Source of the DNA: Podarcis vaucheri
Lineage: Eukaryota
NCBI GenBank assembly: GCA_965113315.1
Contig: OZ220366.1
Reading direction: 5' to 3' (one strand)
Length of the DNA: 64,000 nt
Part shown: positions 48,124 to 61,292 of the stretch, piece by piece
How positions within the stretch are numbered: the first letter of the stretch is position 1
Layout: each line of letters opens with the position of its first letter
Translations under genes and position numbers: made by a program
The notes under the pieces: generated by a model
The model's database searches: none
Told to the model about the DNA's origin: nothing
Seen by the model: only the letters and a program-made list of their open reading frames with translations

Positions 48124-49663
48124 ACTCGTGGTTTCCCATCCAATTTGAAACCATACCAGACCCTGCTTAGCTTTGCAAATGTGCTAGCAGTTTTCTTGCT
48201 GCACCACTTGGGACTGAAAATGGTGAATAGAAGCATCTGCTTCCCAGTATTCAATGTCTGTACATGCATGTCCATCATTTGACAATTGCAACTTTTGCAA
48301 GTGATGACCTGTGAATGTCAAACAGCTTAGTGGTTCCAGGTACATATTTTTCTTTGAAAGGAATGCTTTAGTTAAATTCCCAAAAGTTGCTTTTCAGGGT
48401 GCATTTAGGTTTTATAATCTGTGGGTGGAGTTTGGCACATTACTGAACTGCATGTTTCATGTTTAAATTTATACACACAAACACATACTCCACTTTTCTC
48501 TATAAATCTTCTCTTCATGCTTTAGCACACACGAACTCTTTAACCTTACCATCTTGCAATTTGCATGAGCAATTAATTGGCATGCCTAGATTTACTGTAG
48601 CCGCCTCTTCAGGTGAGTCACATGAACATTACATGCTTTCCAAACCCTCTCTCTGTTTATTAAGGCCATGGGGTAGTTTCGATTGACAGGCCCATAAAGG
48701 AAATATGCAAAAGGAAACAGAGCCAGGGGATGTTTCATAGCCACATAATATAGTGTGATATAGGTAAATCAGAAAACGGGTTTGAATCTACTTACTATGG
48801 TTTGCTTTAAAAATATGTAAAAAAGGAAACCCTGGAAAGTTTCCTTGTTACAGTACCTGTTAAGGAAAATGTCAGAAAAGATCTGGTGTGAGGGCATTTG
48901 TACCTATGCACTTTTCAATTGTAAGCTGCTTTGAGTTTGCTTTTTGTTAAAACAAAACAAAACAAAACAAAAAAAGACTAATGGCAATGATAATAATGCC
49001 ATTCTGTTGCAGAATCAGTGCAGCCAAACACCCAATTGCTGCAGAGCTACAGTTGCACTGATCAAGGTATTGGCATGAGTTGATATGGAAAGAAAGGGGC
49101 TGTAAGGGAGCAGGAAGATGTAGTGTCCTAAGAGAATGGCAGTGTCAGTCCGAGACATTTTGCAGAGCAAAATGGAGTCCAAATGGTGCTTGCTCCCTGC
49201 TAGGGAAAAGTCTGCTGCAACATTCAGACATCAGTTCCTGCTTTCATCTCTCTCACCCACCCCCATTTTAAAGTGCTACCTAAAGCAAATTGCTTCATGC
49301 CGCTACATGGTAGGACTGGCCCTGGACAATGGTGGAAATGCAGCACTTCCCAACATTGTTGATTGCCAGTGATGGGAAGTGCTGCATGGAAGGCTTTGTG
49401 GGCACCACTGCTCAGCCGATCAGTTGTGCCGCAACGCCCCATTTGTCCAAGCCCTGTTTTTACCCGATCCACATTGAATGTCAAGTGTAAGGAAGCTAAT
49501 GTATATGTAGCTCATACGTGGTCACTTTCACAAGAGAAGAAGAGATGGCTGATGGCTGATTTATTGCTGCTTCCCAATCTGTCTTCTAGTATAAGTTATC
49601 TGCTAGGGCAGCCAAGGCAGTTTCTGAACCATACTGAAAGCAAGAATGTAAGGAATTAATATA

Positions 49664-49921
49664 CCGTATCTTTTGCTCTATAAGACTCACTTTTTCCCTC
49701 CTAAAAAGTAAGGGGAAATGTGTGTGCGTCTTATGGAGCGAATGCAGGCTGCGCAGCTATCCCAGAAGCCAGAACAGCAAGAGGGGTTGCTGCTTTCACT
49801 GCGCAGCGATCCCTATTGCTGTTCTGGCTTTGAGATTCAGAATATTTTTTTCCTTGTTTTCCTCCTCCAAAAACTAGGTGCGTCTTGTGGTCTGGTGCGT
49901 CTTATAGAGCGAAAAATACGG
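49664..49921. mobile_element. Tc1/mariner-pogo type MITE
   Basis: TA TSD, CCGTAT termini, internal hairpin; near-identical to 57171-57421. Confidence 0.88.
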
Positions 49922-52030
49922 TAACTGACTTTCTCCAGGAAAGCATTGAGGAGGGTTGCTACCATGCACCTTCATACTTCACACAAGAGTGGAATAGCAA
50001 ACACTATTTGCTAAAATACCCCCCCCCCCAAAAAAAAAAGATCCCTTCTTTAGTATAAATGGACTATGGCCATCTTGCAGAGAGGCATTAACAACTTCTA
50101 CCATATATTTAGATAGCAACATGTAATTTTTTAATTAGAGAAGAATGCCAGGAGTTGCAAGTGCATGTGGTCAGTCTTGTTCCTCCAGAGCTCCTGTGTC
50201 CACATCCTAAGGCTGAACAAACTGAAAGGCATCCATAACAACCTGATAAGATGGTGCAGTAGATGCCTCCACAGTAACCTCAGACAACCAGTTCAACTTG
50301 GAAAAGATGCAAGCAATTTAATCTACAAAATGCTTTGCGAACTAGTCCCAGTCTCTCCCAGGGACTAGGTTGTGAACATCCCCATGTAACTTGGAACAGC
50401 TGTGTTGGAGATATTGAGAATATGAAATGGTGATGGAATTCAGTGGTGTGCAGTGAATTTTTGTGTGCATAGGGGACCAGTTAGGGTCAGAGGCGCCAAC
50501 TTGCAAGGGCGATGGGCGGGGGCAACACCCCGTGCGTGAGGTCCTGCCATCCTGCCATGAGCATTGCACCTCCTTCCCGAAGCCAGGCAAAAGCTTCCTG
50601 GGCTTTGAGAACGAGGCACCATGCTTTAATACTTTAATATGCTAATTTACCAAAAACATTTAGGAGACTAGCCTAGTCCCCCTACTGACTACACGCCACT
50701 GGTGAAAGTCTAATTGTTTCCCTGCCACCATCATCGTAAAGTAGTCACTAAAATGGGTTTTGGTTCACGAGTCTTATATTAAAAGCCAACACTGAAACCA
50801 TTAGCACTGTAGAGAAAGGCACAGTGTGTTGTGTGAGCACATCTCCTTGTATTTTAAATACACTCCATGCTGATTCACCCATGCTTAGTTAGTTAAAGTG
50901 AGTTCTTTCCAGTTTGATAATCATACTAAATTAGGAAGATCATCTATGCCAAACTATTGTCCTCAGTGACACTTACGAAGCATTGGATTCCCATAAGTGT
51001 GAGTGTAAGGAGCTCTGTTGAAGCCAATTAGATGTGGATTCATAATTTTCTTTTTTACTTAGCTTAGGTGTCTGCTAGGACAACTTAGAACATACCCTCC
51101 AACATGGTGAAGCAAAAAAACCAGGCCACTGTCTTACGGGGCTGCATTCCTGTGTGAGTGACTCACATGAAATTGCGGCCTCGAAAGACATGCTTTTTAA
51201 AGGCCTGCCACCCAAAAATGCACATTTGGGGGTGCCACATGGGATTGTGGCCCCGGGGAAAAGTGCTTTTTTCAGGACGAGATGGTGGTGTGAGATTGTG
51301 GCGCCCAATATGGCCACCATGCTCTCGCATTGTGGTGTTCTAGTTTTCTTGGGACAGTTGAGGGGCATGCTACTGAAATTTAAGACCCCCAAGGCCCACC
51401 ATTGAGCTCGTATGGCACTCTTGCCACTGCATTTGCCCAGTGCTGACCTTCCTGCTGTGTTCTTTCCCACTCTTCCTTTCAGTAAGTGACGGTGAGGTAA
51501 ATGCTTCTTCCCTATCCCAGCATATGCTATTGCTTCAGCTCCTGGAGCTGGCTCTGCTCATTTAGGCAAGTTGTTAGATGGCCCTGTGGAGGAAGCAGTA
51601 CACAAGATCTTCCATGTGTCAGTTAGGCAATATTATTCAATATTCAATAATGACAGCGCAGTTCCCTTTTAAAAAATGACCTAATGGATTCCCATTGTGT
51701 AATCAGTATTTGAAACGATGTTTCCAGGCTAGTTGGTTCTTCACTTGCGTGGGTGGGGATGTCTCTGCTAGGGCCCCTGACATTTCCCTCTTATTCTCCC
51801 ACATGCGTGCATTTTGGTAGAATTTCTGCCCGACAGTTTCTCTTCCCTAATACAAGTAACACATGAAGGGGCTCATCTTTTTCTTTTTGTGGTGCCTACA
51901 AAGCTTCCCTTGCACACTTTGGCCACTTAGTGCCCTGCCCAGAGACTTACTTGTTTTATCGATTTGCAATTTCAGCATATTCATATGCATGGATACTTAG
52001 AAGTAAGTCCCACTGAGTTCATGCTTCTTT

Positions 52031-52034
<4 letters not shown>

Positions 52035-52077
<43 letters not shown>
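52035..52077. repeat. (TG)n microsatellite
   Basis: direct read. Confidence 0.95.
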
Positions 52078-52080
<3 letters not shown>

Positions 52081-52126
52081 AAGAGACAGACAGAGAGAGA
52101 CAGAGAGAATATCAAGAAAAAAAGTG

Positions 52127-52545
52127 GTGCACCTTTGAAGGTGACCTGGAAACTACAACTAATCCAGAATGTGGCAGCTAGACTGGTGACTGAGAGTGGC
52201 CACCGAGACCACATAACACTGGTCCTGAAAGACCTACATTGGCTCCCAGTACATTTCCAAGCACAATTCAAAGTGTTGGTGCTGACCTTTAAAGCCCTAA
52301 ACGGCCTTGGCCCAGTTTACCTGAAGGAGTGTCTCCACCCCCATCCTTCAGCACTGAGGTCCAGCACTGAGGGCCTTTAGGTGGTTCCCCCACTGCAAGA
52401 AGTGAGGTTACAGGGAACCAGGCAGAGGGCCTTCTCAGTAGTGGCGCCCACCATGTGGAACACCCTCCCATCAGATGTCAAGGAAATAAACAACTCTCTG
52501 ACTTTTAGAAGACATCTGAAGGCAGTTTTTAATGTTTGATATTTT
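52127..52545 (+). mobile_element. L2 LINE 3' fragment
   Basis: KLQLIQNVAARLVT...HITLVLKDLHWLPVHFQAQFKVLVLTFKALNGLGPVYLKE. Confidence 0.88.
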
Positions 52546-52623
52546 GTCGCTTTGGGGGAAGACTTCTATTTACTGAAGAAAGTTCCACACAAAGAAGGAA
52601 AACTTATGAATGGATGATAAATA

Positions 52624-52657
52624 AGAATCAGAATCAGAATCAGAATCAGAATCAGAA
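52624..52657. repeat. (AGAATC)n microsatellite
   Basis: direct read. Confidence 0.9.
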
Positions 52658-53861
52658 TAAGAATACATAATAAAAGCTGCATAAATACAGTCATTTGCCA
52701 ATCCCATTCTAATCACAGCAAAAAGGGCCAGTCAATTGCTTTTTCTGTGAATGGACGTTTGCTCCTAGTCAGCATTAAATGGCGGGTTTCCCCAGGAAAA
52801 TCAGCTGGGCTGCATTCCCTCTGAATAGGCCTCCCCATCCCAAACCTTGGAGTCAGCCCTTCTGCTGTTGCCAATGACAAATGTGATGCATTTTTCTGTG
52901 CAGGAAATTGCATCATTAAAGGTATGTTTTCAGCCAAGAGTTGAAATCCTTCTAATGCTCCCATAATCTCTAAGCAGCTCTGCTGTTTACTTTATCTGCT
53001 GTTATTTCTTCATCAGCTGTACTGCTGGTATCTTGCAAGCTTCTTTAAGAATCCAGGGGAAGGCTTGATTTCTGACACCCATTGTACGACAAATCCTTTC
53101 ATTTGACGTATTTCCCCCCAGCCCCATCAGATAAACTATATGAAGCCATTAATCATGGTCAAATGATGCAAATGCTTCAGTCCAGTTTCTTTCTGTCTCA
53201 CTACCTTGCATGGAAGAACTACAGCTCTTCAAATGCTTTTTTAAAAATTCAGTGGAGCAGAACAGATCGATATTTTCCAAAGCTGTATAATGATTATGCT
53301 GTATAGTAGATGCAGGACTTTTTGAAAAAAAATCATACTTGCCAAATAACAGCTGTAGCAAACTTCATCCATTCATAGGTTTTTCTTTGTTGTGTGGAAC
53401 TTTCTTCAGAAAATGGAAGTCTTCCCCAAAAGAGGAAAGATAAACTTGAGCACACACACACCAGGCCCATGCAGAACTTGTCTGAGGCCTGGGGTGGGAG
53501 TCCCCGGTCAGCTAGGAGGAACCAGACATTTGGGGCATGACAATGTGAGTCCAGCAGACACCTGGCAGTCTTAGCCCTCCGAGGCCTGCGGCAAGTTCAC
53601 CCAACTGCCCCCCTGGCACGGGCATGACGGACACACATACAGTGCACAAACAGGCAATAAGGATGCAAACAACAACAACAAAAATATCCAGGAAATTCAT
53701 GTAAGGGTAGCTCAGTGCAGAAAAAAATGAAAATGAAAATGAATTTACAGGAATTAGGAAGGAGACTTTAGGGCAGGAGTAAGTATGATTTGTGTTTGCG
53801 TGTGTGGTGAGGGGCACTACAGCTGTGAACCTTGAGTTACAAATGTACAAGCATTACTAGG

Positions 53862-53969
53862 TCAAGGTAAAGGGACTCCTGACCGTTAGGTCCAGTCACA
53901 GAAGACTCTGGGGTTGCGGCGCTCATCTCGCTTTATTGGTCGGGGGAGCTGGCGTACAGCTTCCGGGTT
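53862..53969 (-). mobile_element. Sauria SINE 3' fragment
   Basis: aggtaaagggactcctgaccgttaggtccagtc...ggggttgcggcgctcatctcgc. Confidence 0.85.
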
Positions 53970-55254
53970 ACTAGCTTTCTTCAAAGAAATATTGATGTGT
54001 ACGCATTGTACTGGTTCTAACTAAACCGTTTCAGTTTAGATACAATCTGCATACAATACTATTTGCTCTGACTCCAGTGTGCTCTCACTGTTGATGTTGG
54101 AAGCAGAGTACACATGGTGCTAGCCACTGATAAAGGGTTCCCTGTTTCCTTTTACTTCACCACGATCCATATCTATCCTGTAGTTTTTCAAGAAACTCAA
54201 CTGTTTGATATGTTTCCCCTCAAAGTGGCTTCCATCCAATTTGAATACGTAAGCTGTGATTATGTATACATTTTAGAGAGCCTTTGCATGTGTATAGTTG
54301 ACAGCGCATGTGCAGATCACAGCATCATTTAATAGGAGTTCAGGAGGCGTGGGGTTTGCAGGCATGGGGAAACAGATCAGGTAATGTGCATCTTGTAAAG
54401 CTATCCCCACCCTTTCTCTGGTATGTACAGCCATGTGAAAATGTGACTCTAAACACTTCAAGGAAAAACGACCTTGCTCTGTCCCAAGCTGCTAGTATGT
54501 ACATAGCCACAGATTCTAGTTTAGATTTCGACGGCGATGCTACAACAGCAAAGATATTTTGAAAGCAGAATGATAATTTTTACTTTGGATATGGAGTGGG
54601 TCACTCACATTGTAAAAGGAAGACGTCATGTTGAAATACACCATCTTGCTAAACATTACGAACACCAGTTTAAATGGGGATTTGAGGTCTGGTGGTAAGT
54701 CCGTAAACTGGACGTCACAAAATGACCAAGACTGACATTTGAGATAAAGACTTTGACATAAAGAAGCAGGTGCGATTGGGACAGGCCAGAATGAACATAC
54801 CTTTGAATGTCAGAAAATGCTTTATCTGGTATGGACATCAGCTATCTCATGGGAACCTATGCAAACAAGTATTTGTCCACAGGGCTAGCAAAATATGTGG
54901 CATAGCATGTTATCAGAAAAACAATAAAAGGCTACAGTTGTGAGACAATGCTGTTTAGGCATGCCTAGAGCACATCCTAAGCTTTCTGTGCAGTGAACTG
55001 CTCTTGGCATTGTGAATCAAGGTGGCCACAGCCAACTTGGCACTGCTAATGAACAGGACAAGACATGATCTGGAATCTGGCATTTCTCTTGGCGATGTTA
55101 AATGGATAGAATTTACCCTTGAAAGGGATGTTGCGTCAATTTAATGAAATTTGGGCAAGTTGTCCTTTTTGTTTATTGACACAACTTGCCTGTTGCGTTT
55201 TTTGTTATTGCAGCGAATAAATTAAAACTAGCACCATTACCAATAAACAGAAAT

Positions 55255-55353
55255 AAATATAATTATAATATAGTATAATAATTATAATATAATATAATAT
55301 AATATAATATAATATAATATAATATAATATAATATAATATAATATAATATAAT
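55255..55353. repeat. (AATAT)n microsatellite
   Basis: direct read. Confidence 0.95.
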
Positions 55354-57170
55354 AGCAATCTTTGTAACCAGCCCTTTCTCTATGCACAGCATTCTTGGAG
55401 TTGCAATATATACACTTACCTTGGAGTAAATCCCAGTGAACTCGGTAGGACTTGGTAGACCCAGGATTGTGCTTTAAATGATGTGTCTACTTGAACATCT
55501 GCTATTTTTAATCTACCCTCTAATACTGAATATGGATGGTTTCTCATGGACTGCTCTATAATTGGGGGACCATTCCCCAAGCATCGCCCCCTGGATCTTT
55601 GCTGTTACTAGTACCCACCTGGTGGGTGATTTTATCGCAGAAAGGTAGATTGTATAAATAAATGAAACACTGGAGTATCTCATCAATCTGTCTACTATTC
55701 TTGACAAGTAGGCTGGTATCCACAGCCCCAGTTGCAGAGAGGGACTGAGGCTGCTGCTGCTGGTGATGGTTAATGGCTTGCCAAAGGCAACTTAGTGAGT
55801 TCATGGTTGAGATTACGGACTTCTGGTTTGCAGTTGTTCATAGAGTTTAAATTGCCTTTGTGCATCGCTTTCACTAGGCAATCGCTGTTAAAGCAGAGGA
55901 TGAAATGGAACAGGGTAAGTGTACCATGGGGGGAGGGCACAGGGGTGGTTGCCCTGGGCACAAAACTGTTAAGGGTGCAAAATTTCAACACCCGGTGCTT
56001 CCTCAATATAGATGTGTTCTTCCATTGGTGGACTTCGTTGATAACAGCTTCTCCATGCACACCCGGAAATGACCTCTCCAGACAACGGAATGACTCTTCT
56101 TTTCTTATCTCTGCAGCTGCGATCTCCTGGGTGATGTGGATGCCATTAGGCAGTTGAATGCACATGTGTACTCTGACCATTTCCCCTCCCTCCCACTCAC
56201 CTACCCATCTGCATGGCCCCGGGCACTGACAAACCACGCTACGCCACTGGTGCATAGGCTTGTAGACTAAAGGTAGGAATGGATGATACAGTCCTGATTA
56301 TTCCCCTCCCTATAGTAGGGAATGGTAATGAGGATTGTGCCGTACCTTTCCATCCAACCGATGCACCTGTCCTACCTCTGATGCCACTGGCCATTCATAT
56401 AGGGGTGTATAGCAATGGAGGTTTGTAGCATTGTGACTTTCAGGACTACCTGTGAAGGGTCCTCAGAGGCATTGCAAAAGGGCTACACTGTCCACTGGCA
56501 TATTGATTTTTTAAAAAACTGAAATGCAGCCCAAGGGGGTTGCTATTTTGTCTAGAGCCGCTGGAGGTGGGGAAACATTTGCACTGCTATTTGCCCCTTG
56601 GGGAGAAAGTATAGTTACCTATTTTTAACACATTCCCCTGTGCTATCCCCCCCCAGTCAAAACTGGGCCCCAAGCTGTTATTTTATACTGATTACAGGTA
56701 TCTTTTTCATGTTTTGTTTCCACCCCCACTTCAGATCAGAGTGGGGGTGGAAACAAATTTCCAAAACAAACAAAATTTCTCCTTGCTTCTGTCTTTTCTT
56801 GGAAGAGATTAGTGTTGTTCATACCTTCCAACACATGTTTCAATGCAGTGGTCAACACAGACAGTTCCTGGTAGACTGTTTACATATAGCTGATTTAATG
56901 CCTCTTAAGCCTAGTTAGATAACATTAATGACACTGCAATGGTGATTCAGCAGCCTTAATCAAGCTGTTTTTTTTTAAAAAAATGCATGAACTTAAGAAC
57001 TGCTTTGCTGGAACAAGCTGAAAAGTACATCTAGTACAGCACTCAGTCTTCAACAGGAACAGTTCAGGCAGACGAGGAAAACAGGAAGAACAAAGGTGGT
57101 CTAGTTATTCACATAATATTCTGTTCATGCTTTGGGTGGTCACTTATTCATTTCACATCTTTGCTTTATA

Positions 57171-57421
57171 CCGTATTTTTTGCCCTATAAGACTCACTTT
57201 TTCCCTCCTAAAAAGTAAGGGGAAATGTGTGTGCGTCTTATGGAGTGAATGCAGGCTGCACAGCTATCCCAGAAGCCAGAACAGCAAGAGGGATTGCTGC
57301 TTTCACTGCGCAGCGATCCCTCTTGCTGTTCTGGCTTCTGAGATCCAGAATATTTTTTTTCTTGTTTTCCTCCTCCAAAAACTAGGTGTGTCTTGTGCAT
57401 CTTATAGAGTGAAAAATATGG
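57171..57421. mobile_element. Tc1/mariner-pogo type MITE
   Basis: TA TSD, CCGTATTTTT termini, internal 31-bp stem. Confidence 0.88.
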
Positions 57422-57699
57422 TATATCCTGTGAAATACAGTGTTTTTATGCATTTTTCCCCAAACCAACTTCACTGTGAATTGAGAACAAGAATGACCTG
57501 ACTACATTTTGAACCAGGGATGTGTATGCAGCTATAGTACAGTTAGCATGTAAGCTTTGAGAAAGCAAACAAATGCTGAATAAACAGGTTATTGGAAAGA
57601 GCCCTGAGATTCAAAGGCCCACTCAGCCATGAAGTTCAAATCCGCACTAGGCAATATGCAGTAAAATGAAGCCTGAGCCTCAATCAATCAATTTATTTA

Positions 57700-57859
57700 C
57701 CATACTTTTCCATGCATAAGACTAGTTTCTTTTAACTAAAAAATAATGCTAAAAGGGGGGGGTAGTCTTATACACAGGGGGAATCTCCACCCCCCATTTT
57801 CTTAATTTTGAGTTCCCCAAAATAGGGGGCATCTTATTGTTATACACGGAAAAATACGG
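57700..57859. mobile_element. Short Tc1/mariner-pogo type MITE
   Basis: TA|CCATACTTTTCC...GGAAAAATACGG|TA. Confidence 0.75.
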
Positions 57860-58940
57860 TATATGTCAGCTGTCCAAAGTTAAAACCATGCCCAAGGTGG
57901 CTTACAGAATATAAAAAATTACAGAACTACAAACATAGCAAAAGTAGTAATAAACAATAAACAAAACACCAAAATGTATACAACCAAATGGAACAAATTT
58001 TACCTAAGCACAGAAGGAGGAATCAATTTTATTTCCCCATTCAGAATGAAGAGAGGGATTCTCTTTATCGGGTTCGGTACTATGTTGGTTGCTGAACTGG
58101 GTCAACTTTTACGTTTCCTTGAGAAGAATGTAACTTCGCCATTACACGTAAAGATATGTCAAAAATATTGACTCTAAAGTTTGCTATGACTCTAGCAAAG
58201 TTATGTTGAAAACGCAGCAGACACAAGGGCGTTCTGCAGGGCTAGATCAAAATTGCAGATAAAGAGCGAGAGAGATGGTGGTTTGCCTTTCGCAAAAACA
58301 AGAAGTGGGAACCTTTAACCTTGAGAGCATCAGTGTAAGATCAGCTTCTGTCAGCTTTTTTGTCTGTTCCTTGTTATGCTGCAATAGTCAAGCCCAGTGG
58401 TTTTTTCTTCTTCCCTGGGGGGACGTAGAGGTACACATACCCCTAAACATTTTGTGAATCTAAGTTTGGCCTCATTGAGAGGCAGTATTTCAATATGAGG
58501 AAAATGAGGAAAATGAGAGTACCCCTAAACATTTTTTTTAAAGAAAAAAAGCACATATCGGCTTATTTTCTCCTGGGCTATTCTAGAATGAGGAGAAGAG
58601 TCTAATGACCATTGTGATTCTTTTTCATTCCTTTTGAAAATGTGTGATTCTGTGTCTTTGATCAACTTTCTTGTCTGGCTGGGGAGTGGTGTGTGTGTGT
58701 GTGTGTGTGCGCACGCGTGCTGAAATAAGCCTATTGTACAACGGTAAAATGAACATTTGTTGTCCCACGCACTTTTGCTTCTGGCATTGCTCACCACTGT
58801 CATTTGGCCTTCAGAAGGTTGCTTTGAAAGAAATGCAAGCTTTGGGTTGAAAAGGATTCCCCTCTCCTGTTTTATTGTATGACTTTATCAGGCCATATAC
58901 TGCTTTGAATTTAAGCGGTCTATAAGCGGTTTGGTTTTTT

Positions 58941-59006
58941 AATAAAATAAAATAAAATAAAATAAAATAAAATAAAATAAAATAAAATAAAATAAAATAA
59001 AATAAT
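58941..59006. repeat. (AAAAT)n microsatellite
   Basis: direct read. Confidence 0.95.
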
Positions 59007-61250
59007 GAAGAAAGGAAAGCCTACCAGATCTCCCCAAGAGGGGTGTCCTGCAGTTGTGGCATTACTACCAAAACAACTCCATCTTCACCACATCTCCACT
59101 GTATATCTGGCGGAAAGTAGTATCTCTTGAGACCAGTGTTTATTGACTAAAAGTCCAACACTGAAAAGTCCAACGCCAGCCTATTCCTGTGCTGGAGTGG
59201 TAGAACAGGGGAGCACGCCAACCTCTAAAGGTGTTAAACATAAAAATAAGTGCGAACTCAGTGGGCAGGAGTTATGTTGCTCATATTTAGTCACCACGAC
59301 ACTTGCAATACCACATTCCATGCAGCGCCAATGGAAGTGTGTGCTGGAAGAAAATAAGCATGTTCCCTCACTGGGAAAGACTGTGATTTGCATGCTGGGA
59401 AAATGCAGTATCTCTGCAACAGAAGTTCTACCTAGAGAGAGCGAGAGAGCATGCCTGGGTCTTCTGCAACAGAAATGAGTCATGGTACATTTATTGTATA
59501 AAGAACAGGCTGCGTGGAAAAGCCCTTAAAAAAGCACTAGAGGAAGAAGAAAAATACTGAAGAGAAGTTCAGATGCAGATGTTCATATCACATGAGGAAA
59601 TGGCAACCAGATTTGTAATAGAATTTATTCTAAAGATAGTGGAATTGTGGTGTTCTGCCTGGCTGATCAACATGTCTCAGTGAGCTATTATTACAGACGG
59701 GGAAGACCATCTTTTTTTCCACCCTGCTTGGGATAGATTAGCTGTTGGGTGCTGGAAGTTCCTGATCTTTAGGCCGTGGTAGGGTTGGTTGCAAGAGGAA
59801 TCTCTTGAGTTTAGCCTGAGTCATTACATAGATGTGCCTGACAGTACAAGAGAGATTCCCTTACGCATCATTTGTGGGGTTCCAGTGAGTTGCTCACTAG
59901 GTTAACTGTGTGGGCCTCAGGTACACTACACCCTCCAAGTGCCCCTGTTTTCCAGGGACGTCCCTGATTTAGAAAAGCCATCCCAGTTTCTTATTTGATC
60001 CCAGAATGCCCCACTTTCCCTTAGGATCTCCCTATTTTCATTGCAGAAATGTTGGAGGGTATGGAGATATCTGAGCCCCGAGTCGTCTGAAGGTAATCCT
60101 GTATAGGGAAGTTTTTTTAAAAAAATGTTTAATGTCTTATTATATTTTTACACTGTATATGTTGGAAGCTGCCCAGAGTGGCAGGGGCAACCCAGTAAGA
60201 TGTGTGGGGCATAAATAGTAAAATTATCATTATGGAATGGGAAATCCATATTTTCATTGGAGAAATGTTGAATGGTATGAGGTACACTACTGCCAGAGTT
60301 ACAAAAGTCTGAGAAGCATTGACTGAGTATGTCTACAAATGCTAAACAACTCCTGCATTATTAATTTAATTCTGATATTTGCACACTGCCCAACAGTAAA
60401 ACATTAAAGTTCAGTAACTGTCAATCAGCAATCATTAAAACAATAAAAGCAACATTACTGCTGAAATTGCCTGGGCTACTGAGAGGAATGATATCACATT
60501 TCAGAGCCTAGTGATACAGGAAAGAAACATGGTTCAGTCCTCACAAATCTGTATCACTTGGGAATGTTAGTGGGAGGTTGCATGTTGGAACACTTCCCCC
60601 CACGTGAAAAAGCTTCTGCATGTGGAGAGCTATCCTTATTTCATTTATCACGTACATTTATATCTCACTGTCCTTCCACGAAGGAACTCCATCACAGAAC
60701 TCTGTGGAGCTTTCAAGTGGCCTTTCGCCCAGGCAGCAGAAGCACTGCATGAAGGACGGGGGGGGGGGGAGGCAGAATGGCAGTGCTGGGCTCCCCAGGA
60801 TGGACAGAGTGGAGGTGAGCTCTGGGTTGTGGCAGCACCACAAGTGCACACACACCTGCATTTCCACTACCACCAATCCAGAGTTGTGGGAGAGCATCAA
60901 CCTACACCGAGTGGATTTGTATCCAGTTTTAGTGCTTGTACCTAAGTAAAAAAATGTCAAGTGGAAAGTCACCCTCAGATGAGCAAAGGATTGTGGAGGA
61001 GCCATTAATACAGCCTTTACCAAAGGTGCCATGGGCTTTGAAGACACTCGAACTCAGAACGCAAGGGAGAAACATGCTAATAGGAAGGCACGCTTGGCAA
61101 ATCCACACTGTGATCAACTCCTGCCCGGAAACCAATGTCCCCACTGTGGAAGGACGTGTGGATCCAGAACTGGGCTTCACAGTCACTTACGGACTCATTG
61201 TTAAAACCATGTTTATGGAAGACAATCTTACTTGGCTACAAGTGATCACT

Positions 61251-61292
61251 GAAGAAGAAGAGGAGGAGGAGGAGGAGGAGGAGGAGGAGGAG
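61251..61292. repeat. (GAA)n(GAG)n microsatellite
   Basis: direct read. Confidence 0.93.

Noticed and set aside
54600-55160. Two segments (EDVMLKYTIL; NLALLMNRTRHDLESGI) each resembling the same CCDC91 region
   Set aside because: Both match the same recalled stretch, which shows by-eye matching is ambiguous here, so they are left out of the pseudogene call.
58046-58171. Signal-peptide-like ORF MKRGILFIGFGTMLVAELG
   Set aside because: No good donor after it and no downstream mature-peptide exon found; the alternative frame fits the coiled-coil relic hypothesis better.
59025-59146. Minus-strand exon-like segment (SINTGLKRYYFPPDIQWRCGEDGVVLVV...) and a similar one at 61191-61248
   Set aside because: No recognisable homology or consistent multi-exon chain; the 61248 acceptor is simply the (CTC/TTC)n microsatellite.
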